Sequence record: SRR31156797_15621
Direction: 5' to 3' (one strand)
DNA: 41,960 nucleotides
The position numbers were made by a program, and so were the translations under genes. The notes below the pieces were generated by a model. It did not search any database. It saw nothing but the letters and a program-made list of their open reading frames with translations, and was not told the DNA's origin. Positions 26,783-37,800 of the stretch are shown in pieces (the stretch's first letter is position 1; each line of letters opens with the position of its first letter).

Positions 26783-28537
26783 TTATTCTCCTTTGTGGTC
26801 GTCAACATCTTTAACCAGCAACACGAGGAAGCCGGCTAATATCATTGAACACCCACCCAGTATAAATGCATAGATGGCTTCCCCGCCGGCAACTTCTTTC
26901 ACAAAAAAGCCAAGAATAGTTGCAGCCAGGATTTGCGGGATCACGATAAAGAAATTGAAAATCCCCATATAGGTCCCCATTTTGTGCTGTGGCAACGATC
27001 CGGTAAGAATTGCATAAGGCATGGCCAAAATACTCGCCCAGGCCAGGCCGATCCCAAGTTCCGAAATCATCAGCATATTTGGATCTTTAATGAAATAGAA
27101 GGAAATCAAACTAATTCCACCAATAACAAGACTGATCAGGTGCACCATTTTCCGGCTTGTTTTACGTGCCAGGTAGATGAGTAAAAAAGCCATGATGGCA
27201 GCAAAACCATTATAAACCCCCATCAACACGCCAACCCAGTCGGCACCCTTGTTGTATTCGTAAAGCACTAAATCCACCTGCTCATTCAGTTCCTGGGAGG
27301 TTTTAAGTTGTGCTCTATGCGTTGAATCACTGAAAAACTTCACCACTTTTACAGATGAAACAACACTCTTATTGCCATCGGATAATTTTTGTGTGTAGCT
27401 TTCGAGATTTTCCATAATCGCATCAACATCTTCTTTTGTTTTTTCATCTGTTGTGGTAAAACTGTCCAGGCGCATTGTCATCTCAGCAACATTTTCTGGG
27501 TAGAGCCGCATGTCGTATTTGGTGCTTGTTACACCGGCAGTTGTATAGATCCACATAGCAAACAGCGCAAACCAGGAGAAGAACTGTACGATGGCCAGTT
27601 GCTTCATGGTTGTCGGCATCTTAAATAAATCATTGATCACTTCAACGAGCCCGTTATCCGTTTTACCCGCTTTGGTTTGAAGCCCCACAACTATCTGTAC
27701 GATACCGAAAAACATCAATCCGCCACCAAGGATGTATAACTCCTTTTCAAGTTTAAAATAGTACACCAGGAATGAGATCAATGCCCCGCCAATCAGCCAA
27801 AAGATACTTCCATTTAAAAATCTGCTATGCGGTAAAGGCTCTTCATTATATGAAGTTGGCGACACTTCTGGGTTTTGTTTTTTTTCAGCTTCCTCAAATG
27901 CCTTGATTTCATCAGGTGAATACTCCCGTGTTCTCAACACGGTCCACAATACCGAAAGAAAAAACACAATTGCTCCCAGGTAAAATGACCATCTGAGTGA
28001 TTGTGAAATTTCACCTTCCGGGGCGGTGTTTGGAATATTCAGCCAGTTGGTCATGACCCAGGGTAATGCAGAAGCCACAACAGCACCAATCCCTATAAAA
28101 AAGCTCTGCATGGCAAAACCTTTGGTGCGTTGTTCGCTGGGAAGCATATCGCCAACGAAAGCCCTGAAAGGTTCCATCGATATATTAATAGATGCATCCA
28201 TGATCCAAAGCATTCCGGCAGCAACCCAAAGCACCGGAGAATGGGGCATAAAAATAAGCGCCAAAGATGCCAGAATAGCTCCGATCATAAAAAACGGCCG
28301 GCGACGCCCAAAACGATTCCAGGTGTTGTCGCTCATGTGACCAATAATCGGCTGGATCAGTAAACCTGTAATGGGGGCAGCTATCCATAGAATTGGGATA
28401 TCGTCTACATTTGCGCCCAGGGTTTCAAAAATCCGGCTCACATTGGCATTCTGTAATGCAAAGCCAAACTGAATACCCAAAAATCCGAAACTCATGTTCC
28501 AGATTTGCCAAAATGATAAGCGTGGTTTTTTTGCCAT
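26783..28537 (-). CDS. MFS sugar transporter (SLC45/GPH, maltose/sucrose permease-like)
   Basis: LSFWQIWNMSFGFLGIQFGF, SDNTWNRFGRRRPF, DASINISMEPFRAFVGD, QFFSWFALFAMWIY, GLAWASILAMPYA, YMGIFNFFIVIPQ. Confidence 0.92.
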   Translation of the reverse strand: MAKKPRLSFWQIWNMSFGFLGIQFGFALQNANVSRIFETLGANVDDIPILWIAAPITGLLIQPIIGHMSDNTWNRFGRRRPFFMIGAILASLALIFMPHSPVLWVAAGMLWIMDASINISMEPFRAFVGDMLPSEQRTKGFAMQSFFIGIGAVVASALPWVMTNWLNIPNTAPEGEISQSLRWSFYLGAIVFFLSVLWTVLRTREYSPDEIKAFEEAEKKQNPEVSPTSYNEEPLPHSRFLNGSIFWLIGGALISFLVYYFKLEKELYILGGGLMFFGIVQIVVGLQTKAGKTDNGLVEVINDLFKMPTTMKQLAIVQFFSWFALFAMWIYTTAGVTSTKYDMRLYPENVAEMTMRLDSFTTTDEKTKEDVDAIMENLESYTQKLSDGNKSVVSSVKVVKFFSDSTHRAQLKTSQELNEQVDLVLYEYNKGADWVGVLMGVYNGFAAIMAFLLIYLARKTSRKMVHLISLVIGGISLISFYFIKDPNMLMISELGIGLAWASILAMPYAILTGSLPQHKMGTYMGIFNFFIVIPQILAATILGFFVKEVAGGEAIYAFILGGCSMILAGFLVLLVKDVDDHKGE

Positions 28538-28558
28538 AGTCCTGTGATGTTAGATCCA

Positions 28559-28566
28559 CAAATTTA
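28559..28566 (-). promoter_or_regulatory. -7 box (TAAATTTG) for the MFS gene
   Basis: TAnnTTTG on the minus strand 22 nt upstream of the ATG. Confidence 0.55.
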
Positions 28567-28721
28567 CCTGAATATCTAAAAGGGTCATTCAAATGAGACC
28601 ATGATATAGAAAAATCATAGCTAATAAAACACTTTTTTGTTGAAAATTAGCATGTTGTGGTTTGGAGGGTTTGTAAAAATCCCATTTGGTATGAATCATT
28701 TTTTGCTAGATCGATTTGTTT

Positions 28722-28729
28722 TACTTTTG
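28722..28729 (+). promoter_or_regulatory. -7 box (TACTTTTG) for plsC
   Basis: TAnnTTTG 21 nt before ATG 28751. Confidence 0.55.
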
Positions 28730-28750
28730 CCGGAATTAAAGCAAAGCGCA

Positions 28751-29476
28751 ATGAAATTTAAACTGCGTCCGATAAATATAGCCTTTGTGGTGTATGTGTT
28801 TTTTATGGCTATACTCACCCCCGTGCTGTTTTTTCCGGCCGTGTTCATTTATTTGTTTGCCGGCACCCGGCATTCCGATGCTTACATCCAGCGCGCCGGA
28901 GCCATGTATGCCCGGCACTTGTTTTGGGTGTTTGGTGTAAATGTTAATGTTACGGGGATTGAAAACCTGCCGGCTACCAACAACCTGTGTTTTGTGAGCA
29001 ACCACCAGGGAGCTGCCGACATACCGCTGATTGTAGGGTTCATCCCCAAAAAAGTAGGTTTCATTGCCAAAAAAGAACTGGGTAGGATACCCGTGCTCAA
29101 TGTGTGGATGAAAGCATTGGGTTGCATACTTATCGACAGAAAAGATATCCGGCAGTCGCTCAGGGTAATCGACAAAGGGATTCATCAAATCGAGAAAGGC
29201 CACCCGCTGGTTGTTTTTCCGGAGGGAACCCGAAGTCGTGGGCCAAAAATCGGTAAATTCAAGCCGGGTGCTTTTAAGCTTTTGTCAGGTTCTCAAACCC
29301 TTGCCGTCCCGCTCACCATCAGCGGAACCTATAAAGTGATGGAAGAGCGCGGCATCATCACCCCAACGCGCGTACAGCTTACCATTCATCCGGCAATTGA
29401 CGTTGATCTGCTTTCGATTGAAGAAAAGAAAGCATTACCCGCCCACATTTTAGAACAGGTTAAATCAGCAATTTGA
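28751..29476 (+). CDS. plsC: 1-acyl-sn-glycerol-3-phosphate acyltransferase (lysophospholipid acyltransferase family)
   Basis: NHQGAAD (NHxxxxD), FIAKKEL, ILIDR, VFPEGTRS, FKPGAF; ATG 28751 follows the promoter box. Confidence 0.9.
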   Translation: MKFKLRPINIAFVVYVFFMAILTPVLFFPAVFIYLFAGTRHSDAYIQRAGAMYARHLFWVFGVNVNVTGIENLPATNNLCFVSNHQGAADIPLIVGFIPKKVGFIAKKELGRIPVLNVWMKALGCILIDRKDIRQSLRVIDKGIHQIEKGHPLVVFPEGTRSRGPKIGKFKPGAFKLLSGSQTLAVPLTISGTYKVMEERGIITPTRVQLTIHPAIDVDLLSIEEKKALPAHILEQVKSAI

Positions 29477-29614
29477 AAATTGAGATAAGTATGAGTGCAG
29501 AGATATTACATTTACCTGAATAAATAATGAACTGTCTCATTTATTAGGCACGAATAATCCCGCCTGCGGTGGCACTTCAATTCGCTCAGCAAATAACCAA
29601 TAACTAAATAACTT

Positions 29615-30199
29615 CTACCTCTTATTCCCCCGCTCTCCAAAGTAACATTTCCGGCACAGGGGCTCGTAGCTTTCGGTTTCACCAAGTTCAACCAATTTAT
29701 CACCTCCGGCTATGCGGTGGGAGTACTGCGCCAGGTTGCCGCATTTGATGCAGATGGCATGTACCTTGGTTACATATTCGGCAGTGGACAACAGGGCCGG
29801 AATGGGGCCGAAAGGCTTGCCGGTGAAATCCATATCCAGACCGGCAACGATTACGCGAATACCTGAGTTGGCCAGCTTGTTGCAAACCTCGGGAAGTTCA
29901 TTATCAAAAAACTGGGCCTCATCCACACCGATCACATCCACATCACCGGCCATCAGGAGTATCTGGTTTGAGGAGGCCACGGGTGTGCTTTGGATGGCAT
30001 TTGAGTCGTGCGAAACCACATCCTCCTCATCATAACGTACATCAACCGCAGGTTTAAAAATTTCGACATCCTGCCGGGCAATCCGGGCACGTTTTAGCCG
30101 GCGGATCAGCTCCTCGGTTTTACCCGAAAACATCGATCCGCAGATCACCTCGATCCAGCCTCCCCGTTTATTTCTGTCTGCTTTGCTTTCTAAAAACAT
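29615..30199 (-). CDS. tdk: Thymidine kinase
   Basis: [15 protein letters not shown]-loop, DEAQFF, AGLDMDF, Zn-binding CIKC...CRKC; start at MFLES (30199). Confidence 0.96.
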   Translation of the reverse strand: MFLESKADRNKRGGWIEVICGSMFSGKTEELIRRLKRARIARQDVEIFKPAVDVRYDEEDVVSHDSNAIQSTPVASSNQILLMAGDVDVIGVDEAQFFDNELPEVCNKLANSGIRVIVAGLDMDFTGKPFGPIPALLSTAEYVTKVHAICIKCGNLAQYSHRIAGGDKLVELGETESYEPLCRKCYFGERGNKR

Positions 30200-30388
30200 G
30201 TTTTGGCAATTCAAATACCTAAAACCGGAAAATAATCTTTTAAGCCCCCGGCCGTTGACACAATGGTGTTTTTCCGGATAAGACCCGCAAAGATAGGTTT
30301 GATGATCAAATAAATTTGGTTTTTTTGCAACGCATAATTCACGCACATTGTCATTTTATCAACAAACAACCCATTTCACATACATCTC

Positions 30389-31195
30389 ATGGAAACGATT
30401 AAACAGGTTACCTTGCTGGTTGAAAAACTTCAGAACGACTGGTATCGCGCACTTGGAAGCGACAAGATTACAAGAATAGACAAGGATATCCTGGTGCAAG
30501 ATATCAGGCAACTTTACGATCTGGTTTACGAACTGGAAATCGGATCTGTGATATCAAATGATCAAACGGATCGTGTTTTGAAAGATCAGCCGGAATCAAA
30601 AAATCCCGAAATACCAAAAACGGCGAATGTTGAGCCAGCTCAAATGGAGCCGACATCTGAAGATCAGGATGAAATTTCTGAACCAACACCTGAGGTTGTG
30701 AAAGAACCGGAAAAACTGCAGGACCCCAATGAAGTAGAACTTGAAGTCATAGCAGAAACAGAACCTGTTGTTACCCTGGAGTCAGATGTGGAAAACGAAG
30801 AAGTGGACGAAACACGGGAAGATAAATCTGGAATTCCCGACACCGACTTTCCGGCAGAAACCGCAAAACCTTCAGCAGCTGAAAAATTTACTGCATCCAA
30901 AACACTTGCCGATATTTACAGGGCCAATGGCGATAACAGCATTGCAGCAAAAATGCAGTCCAACAAAATTTCCGATCTGAAAACAGCCATCGGAATCAAT
31001 GAAAAGTTTTTATTCATCAATGAAATATTCAATGGCAAAACCGATTCCTACAAGAAGGCCATCGAAGCGATCAACAAAATGAATCATAACCATGAGGCTT
31101 TGGAATACCTGGAACAAATCAGGCAGGAAAACAGGGTAAATAGCGAAGACGCCCTTTCAGCATTTGTTGAAATCCTCAAACGTAAATTTCAGTAA
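30389..31195 (+). CDS. Conserved Bacteroidota hypothetical protein with acidic low-complexity linker
   Basis: N-terminal IDKDILVQDIRQLYD helix, E/P-rich middle, C-terminal ISDLKTAIGINEKFLFINEIFNG motif; TAAATTTG box at 30311-30318. Confidence 0.75.
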   Translation: METIKQVTLLVEKLQNDWYRALGSDKITRIDKDILVQDIRQLYDLVYELEIGSVISNDQTDRVLKDQPESKNPEIPKTANVEPAQMEPTSEDQDEISEPTPEVVKEPEKLQDPNEVELEVIAETEPVVTLESDVENEEVDETREDKSGIPDTDFPAETAKPSAAEKFTASKTLADIYRANGDNSIAAKMQSNKISDLKTAIGINEKFLFINEIFNGKTDSYKKAIEAINKMNHNHEALEYLEQIRQENRVNSEDALSAFVEILKRKFQ

Positions 31196-31379
31196 TCTTA
31201 TTCAAAATTCAGATATTATATTTAGCCCCAGCCGGTTTAAACAACTTTCACGCAAAAACGTTATCAACATTTGGATGTGTATATTCGCCTTAAGCTATTC
31301 ATTTTCTATTACTTCAACATGCAACCATTTTATATTTTCTAATCTAATAATAACTTGTAAAAATTTAAATTTTTAAATC

Positions 31380-34300
31380 ATGAAGAACCTTTCTACACTG
31401 TTTTTAACAGTATTCCTATCCCTTTTACTTGGCTACTCATCTACTGCATCCGAAAGCAAGGTGATAACCAAACACCTTCAGGAACAGCTACAAACCATGA
31501 ATACGGATGACTTAGTTCGCATCAATATTACGCTAAAGGAACAATTTGATTCGCAGAATCTCATCAGGCAAGCCCAATCTTTAAAAGGCGAGGCTCGGCG
31601 TGAATATGTGATTGCTGTGCTTAAAGATTTTTCGCAACTTTCACAGGAAGGTGTGGTTGCTGAACTCAATCAAATGCAAAGATCAAATGCAGTTGAAAAA
31701 GTGACTACCTACTGGATTGCCAACGTAATAAACTGCTATGCTACTCCAGAAGCCATTCAGGCATTGGAAAAGCACCAGGATATTACAAGCATCGATTATG
31801 ATGAATACCGGGTGATGCTTGATCCCAACGAATGGAAAAATGCCATTGCCGAGGAAGGCAGCACAGCCAGCCGCGAAATAACCTGGAATGTACTTAAAGT
31901 AAATGCCGACGACGTATGGGCTTTGGGCTACAACGGCGAAGGCGTAATCGTTTCCGTAATCGATACGGGCGTAAACTACGATCACCTCGACCTGGAAGAT
32001 CACGTTTGGGAAAGTGCCGAATATCCAAACCACGGATATGATTTTGTGAATAATGATAACGACCCTAAAGATGACCACGGGCACGGAACACACTGCGCCG
32101 GAACAGTAGCAGGAGATGGAACCGCCGGATCGCAAACCGGTGTTGCTCCCGAAGCTACCATCATGTGCATGAAAGTGCTTGATTCGGGCGGTGGCGGAAA
32201 CGAAAGCGGCGTGTGGTCGGCTGTTGAGTTCAGCGTTGAGAATGGCGCTCATGTGATGAGTCTCTCATTGGGATGGCAGCATGATTGGGGCCCAAACCGT
32301 ACCGTTTGGCGTCAGGCTTTCGACAATTCACTTGCAGCGGGCATTGTGGCTTCGGTTGCCGCAGGAAATGAAGGCGACCAGCAGGGATCATATCCCATTC
32401 CGGATAACGTGAGAACTCCCGGTGATTGCCCCCCGCCATGGCTGCATCCCGATCAAACCCTTGAAGGAGGGCTTTCAGGAGTAATCTGTGTTGGATCAAC
32501 CACCAGCACCGATGCTGTATCTGGCTTTTCAAGCCGTGGTCCGCTGGATTGGTCGGCTGTGAACCAGTACAACGATTATCCATATAACCCTGAAATTGGA
32601 CTCATTCGTCCTGATGTGGCTGCACCGGGATCAAACATTAAATCGCTTGCTCATTATAGCAACACAGGATATGAAAGTGGTTGGAGCGGAACCTCCATGG
32701 CTACACCATGCAATGCCGGTATGATAGCCTTGATGTTACAGAAGAATATGACCCTCTCACCGGAGGAAATATCCCAGATATCTGAAGAGACTGCTAATGT
32801 TTTACAGGCAGGAAAAAATAATAACAGTGGTTCGGGAAGAATTGATTGTCTGGCTGCTCTGGAGGCTACCTCAATGCCAGGCCCCAGCTACTATGCACAT
32901 TCACTTAATGATGAGGCCGGAAACAACAATGGTGAAATGGACCCGGGTGAAACCATCCTTGTTACATTGGCAATGGGCAACTTTAGCGACGAGCCTGCCA
33001 GCGATGTAACCGTAGAACTTTCAACCGATAATGAATACATCACTTTCATCGATGATACCGAATACTTTGGAGACTTTGACCTTGAAGACATCATTGAAAT
33101 GGAAGATGCTTTCGCTTTCGAAGTTGCCAATGATGTTCCGGGCGGCATAGAGATCAAATTCAACATTAATGCATACAACGACGATGAAAGCTGGACCAGC
33201 AGTTTTTCAACCGTTGCAAACGGTGTTTTACTGATGACCGGTAGCCAGTCAATTGACGATGCCTCAGGAAATAACAACGGAGGTCTCGATCCGGGTGAAA
33301 CGGTTGATATGCACATCGAAATCATGAACAATGGCCAGATCGACGCCGAAGACGCCATGGCTTATCTCACCACCAACGATCCTATGGTAACCATCAATGC
33401 CGGCACTTTTGATCTTGAAACACTTGAGCCGGGCGAAACAGTTGATGCCATGTTTAACCTTACTGTCAGCGAAAGCGCACCGGTTGGAATGAGCGTTGAA
33501 TTGATGCTTGAGGTTGAGTCAGGTTTTTACTCACTCGAAAAAATGTATTATCCAAAGGTTGGTCTTATCGTGGAAGATTTTGAAACAGGTGATTTCAGCC
33601 AGTACGAATGGGAGTTTGGGGGCGATGCCGACTGGACCATTGATGATGCAGAACCTTTTGAAGGGATGTATGCAGCAAAGTCAGGTGATATCAACGATCA
33701 GTCTGATTCAGAATTGACACTCACACTGGATGTTGCCGGAAATGACTCGATAGCATTTATGGTTAAAGTTTCTTCAGAAGCTGATTACGATTACCTTCAA
33801 TTTTATATCAATAATACACTACAGGAAGAGTGGGCAGGCGAAGTTGACTGGATGCGTGTGTCATATCCGGTAAGCGAGGGTGAGCAAACCTTCCGTTGGG
33901 TATACGAAAAAGACTGGTCCGTTTCTAATGGTGAAGACTGTGGATGGATTGATTTTGTTGAGCTGCCGGCCATGAGCGATGATGTGATGACTGTATTTGC
34001 TGGTCAGGATGCTGAAATTTGCGAAGGTGAAAACTATCAGACCGAAGCCAATGCCACAAATTACGAAACCCTGATGTGGGAAACTTCAGGTGATGGAACA
34101 TTTGATGATGAAACGACTATGGATGCCATGTACTATCCGGGAGAAGAAGACTGGGATGAGGGCATGGTAACATTGAGCCTTACCGTTTATGGCGGTGGCG
34201 ATAGCATGACGGATGACGTAGAAATTTCGTTCATGCCGATGCCTGAAGATGCCGGCGTTATTTCAGGACTTGAGCTTGTTTGCGCAGGTTGGTCTGCAAC

Positions 34301-34763
34301 CTATATGCTCGATGAACTTTCTGACAGCGACTGGTACCACTGGGTGATGGAACCCGAAACAGCCGGAACCATGGAAGGAACCGAACATGAAATTACCATT
34401 GAGTGGGCTGAGGATTACACGGGTGACGTGATGCTGAAGGTACAGGGTATGAATGATTGTGGTGAAGGTGATTTCTCGCAGGAATTTATGGTTACTGTTG
34501 ACGCCTGTACTGGTGTAGATGAAATTAGCAGTACTGAAATCAGCATAGCTCCAAATCCAAGCAACGGACACTTTATTGTTGAAACTGAGATTACAGATGG
34601 AATGATCGAGATTCTCGATCTTTCAGGTAAGGTTGTTTTCAAAAATGAAATCAACGCATCAAACCCTGTGATCAATGCTGCTGATCTGAAAGAAGGCATG
34701 TATTTCATCAGGATCCAGGGACAAAACCAAACGGCAGTTGAAAAACTGGTTATCCGTAAATAA
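31380..34763 (+). CDS. Secreted S8 (subtilisin-like) serine peptidase with T9SS type A sorting domain
   Basis: Triad VIDTG / HGTHCAG / SGTSMATP, AAGNE oxyanion Asn; propeptide; Ig-like stalk; CTD IAPNPSNG...GMYFIRI...EKLVIRK. Confidence 0.93.
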   Translation: MKNLSTLFLTVFLSLLLGYSSTASESKVITKHLQEQLQTMNTDDLVRINITLKEQFDSQNLIRQAQSLKGEARREYVIAVLKDFSQLSQEGVVAELNQMQRSNAVEKVTTYWIANVINCYATPEAIQALEKHQDITSIDYDEYRVMLDPNEWKNAIAEEGSTASREITWNVLKVNADDVWALGYNGEGVIVSVIDTGVNYDHLDLEDHVWESAEYPNHGYDFVNNDNDPKDDHGHGTHCAGTVAGDGTAGSQTGVAPEATIMCMKVLDSGGGGNESGVWSAVEFSVENGAHVMSLSLGWQHDWGPNRTVWRQAFDNSLAAGIVASVAAGNEGDQQGSYPIPDNVRTPGDCPPPWLHPDQTLEGGLSGVICVGSTTSTDAVSGFSSRGPLDWSAVNQYNDYPYNPEIGLIRPDVAAPGSNIKSLAHYSNTGYESGWSGTSMATPCNAGMIALMLQKNMTLSPEEISQISEETANVLQAGKNNNSGSGRIDCLAALEATSMPGPSYYAHSLNDEAGNNNGEMDPGETILVTLAMGNFSDEPASDVTVELSTDNEYITFIDDTEYFGDFDLEDIIEMEDAFAFEVANDVPGGIEIKFNINAYNDDESWTSSFSTVANGVLLMTGSQSIDDASGNNNGGLDPGETVDMHIEIMNNGQIDAEDAMAYLTTNDPMVTINAGTFDLETLEPGETVDAMFNLTVSESAPVGMSVELMLEVESGFYSLEKMYYPKVGLIVEDFETGDFSQYEWEFGGDADWTIDDAEPFEGMYAAKSGDINDQSDSELTLTLDVAGNDSIAFMVKVSSEADYDYLQFYINNTLQEEWAGEVDWMRVSYPVSEGEQTFRWVYEKDWSVSNGEDCGWIDFVELPAMSDDVMTVFAGQDAEICEGENYQTEANATNYETLMWETSGDGTFDDETTMDAMYYPGEEDWDEGMVTLSLTVYGGGDSMTDDVEISFMPMPEDAGVISGLELVCAGWSATYMLDELSDSDWYHWVMEPETAGTMEGTEHEITIEWAEDYTGDVMLKVQGMNDCGEGDFSQEFMVTVDACTGVDEISSTEISIAPNPSNGHFIVETEITDGMIEILDLSGKVVFKNEINASNPVINAADLKEGMYFIRIQGQNQTAVEKLVIRK

Positions 34764-34787
34764 TATATCTTTGTGATTCAAGTTATT

Positions 34788-34822
34788 CAGGCAAGGAGGG
34801 TGAAAACCCTCTTTGCTTGTTT
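34788..34822 (+). terminator. Rho-independent terminator-like hairpin after the S8 gene
   Basis: CAGGCAAGGAGGGT-GAAA-ACCCTCTTTGCTTG, 14-bp stem (2 G.U), GNRA loop, followed by TTTATT. Confidence 0.65.
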
Positions 34823-34875
34823 ATTAGTTCTTTGTTTCAGAAATTATTTGATTAAGTCACATACAAAAAAGTATT

Positions 34876-37800
34876 ATGAAAAAAGTTTTACTTGCTCTAA
34901 CTATTATACTCTTTTTTGCCGGAACAATTTCGGCAGAGGTTATCGAAAAAACCTATCACTTTTCTAATCCTGATATTACCACCATCAACGGGTATCATCA
35001 GGTTAGCTTTTCCGGCACGATGCTAACCGGCCACACCGGCGAGCCCATGCTTCCTTATCAGGCAGTATCAATATTACTTCCTCCCGGACATGCAGCCAAA
35101 CAAATCGAAATCATCCCCAGCGGTTTGATTACACTTGATGGAAATTTTACCCTTTACCCGATGCAGTATTCCCAGCCCATGTCAAAAGGAGGTTCGGGAA
35201 TTTTTGTTTTAAAGGAAGAAGTTTACCAGACCGACGCTGCCTATCCTGCACAACTGCAGGGTGAGATAACAACCCAGTTTATGAATGGTTTTGCCCTGGC
35301 CATGTCAACTTTCACACCGCTTGTTTACAATCCTGTTTCAGGAATGGTTTCATACTATGGATCTGTAACAGTTAAAATCACCACAACCACAGATGAAAGA
35401 GCCCGGGCTGCATTGCAAAATCTCAGGGACGAAACACAAATTAGTAACAGATTACTGGACATAGCTCAAAATGCTGAAGCCATCGATTCATATCCTGCCA
35501 TGGATGCTCGCTCTGACGATTATGAATTGTTGATCATCACCCCTTCAACTTTTGCTGATGGTTTTGATCAGTTGGTTGAATTTTATGCACCACGAGGAAT
35601 AATTGCGCAGGTTGCAGTTACCGATGATATTTATGCATCGATGCCCGGCCAGGACAACCAGGAAAAAATCAGGAATTACATCATCCAGGAATACCAGGCT
35701 CATGGTATCCAGCATGTTACCCTTGGCGGTGATGTGGAACATATTCCTTACCGCGGATTTTACTGTACGGTACAGTCATCTTCTGTTTATGAATCAAACG
35801 ACATACCGGCTGATCTCTATTATTGCGGTCTTGACGGAACATGGAACGATGACGGCGACAACAATTGGGGTGAAATTGGCGAAGACGACCTGCTCCCGGA
35901 AATTGGCATTGGCCGCTTTTCGGTATCTGACCAAAACGAGTTTGATGCATTGATGAACAAGACCCTGATGTATCAGGAAAGCCCTGTTGAAGGCGAGTTG
36001 GCCAACCCATTGCTCGTTGGCGAATGGCTCTACAGCAATCCAACAACCTATGGTTCAGATTACCTGGAACTGCTCATTGGGCACCACGAAGACAATGGAT
36101 ACACAACAGATGGTATTCCTGAAAACCAGGACATCGAAAAATTATATGAAAGCGAAAGCTCATGGTCAGCAAGTACGCTGATGAATCAAATGAACCAGGG
36201 AACGTCATTTATACACCATGTGGGGCATGCAAACTCGGGTTACACCATGAAGTTTTACAACAGCGATATTACAAATGGGAACTTCTCAGGCATTAACGGA
36301 GCCACGCACAACTATGCGCTGATATATTCTCATGGGTGTATTTGCGGCGCTTTCGACGATAGTGATTGTATTGCCGAAAAGATGATCACCATCGAAAACC
36401 TGGCCGTTGCAGTATATATGAATTCACGGTATGGCTGGTTCAATGAGGGCCAGACTGAAGGACCGGCCCAACACATCAATCGCGAGTTGGTAGATGCTTT
36501 TTACAACGATAAGGAGGCGCACCTTGGCATGGCCTATACCATTGCACGTATCGCCACGGCACCGTGGGTAACTGCTCCGGGCCAGTGGGAAGAAGGTGCG
36601 CTCCGCTGGAATTTCTATGATTGCAACCTTTTGGGCGATGCCGCTGTAAGGTTCTGGTCCGACGAACCCACGGATATCACCACCACATATCAGGATGCAC
36701 TACCTATCGGTGTTCCATCAATGAGTGTATCGGTTTCAGGAAACGGCAACCTCGAAGGCCTCTACTGCAATTTCATGATGAATGGGATGAGCTATGGCGT
36801 GGCGCAAACAGACGCTTCCGGACAGGCCGAGATTATTTTTACCGAACAGATCACAGAACTTGGTGATGCCATGCTTTATGTTTCCGGCTATAACACACAT
36901 TTGCATGAATATCCGCTGACTGTAATTCCAAATAATGGTGCCTACGTCATCTATGCTTCATCTGAGATCAACGATGCATCCGGAAATAATAATGGCCAGG
37001 CCGATTACACCGAATCCATTTTACTTACAACAACACTTGAAAACGTGGGAACTGTACAGGCCGATAATGTAATCGCCTCGCTTGCCACAACAGATCAATA
37101 TATTACAATCACTGATGATACAGAAGATTTTGGAAACATTCCAGGAGGCAGTACAGTAAGTATGGAAGATGCATTTGCTTTTGATATTGCCGGGGATATC
37201 CCTGATCAGCATTCGGTTGCTTTTACGGTTACCGCTGATGGCCAGGACACGTGGGCCTCAGGTTTTACCGTAACCGTGAATGCCCCGCAACTGGCCATGG
37301 ACAGCTACTATTTTGATGATGCCATTACAGGCAACAACAACGGCATCCTCGATCCCGGTGAAACCGCTGATATGGTTGTAATGGGTATTAATAACGGGCA
37401 TGCCGAAGCGTATGACGTTTCAGCAATGATTACCTCAAATGATCAGTATATCACTGTAAACACAGGTTCAGCCCAGGAACTGGGAGATATGGAAATGAAC
37501 GAAACCGGTGAAGTTGTATTTTCGGTAACTGCTGATGAAAACACACCTGCCGGTTACATTGCATCTGTAAGCATCGTTTTTGAAGCCATGTATGATATTT
37601 CCAACGAAGAAGAAATAGCACTGAATTTTACCGATTTCTGCTTCCCTTCGGCCAGTTGTTCATACGGGGATGGATTCACCGGATTTGCTCTCGAAAGTAT
37701 TGATAATATGGACAATGGCTGTAGCAATGATAACGGTATTGATGGTTATGGCGATTTTACAGATATGTCAACAACACTCGAACCCGGTCAAACATATACC

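Noticed and set aside
29558-29612. CCCGCCTGCGGTGG and AATAAC x3 between convergent plsC and tdk
   Set aside because: Possibly REP or short tandem repeat remnants, but too short to distinguish from chance within this window
30200-30346. 49-aa N-terminal extension of tdk in the ORF track
   Set aside because: No similarity to thymidine kinase; occupies the divergent promoter region; the true start is likely 30199
34773-34967. 64-aa ORF between and overlapping the S8 and C25 genes
   Set aside because: Runs through the hairpin and out of frame into the C25 start; no coding features
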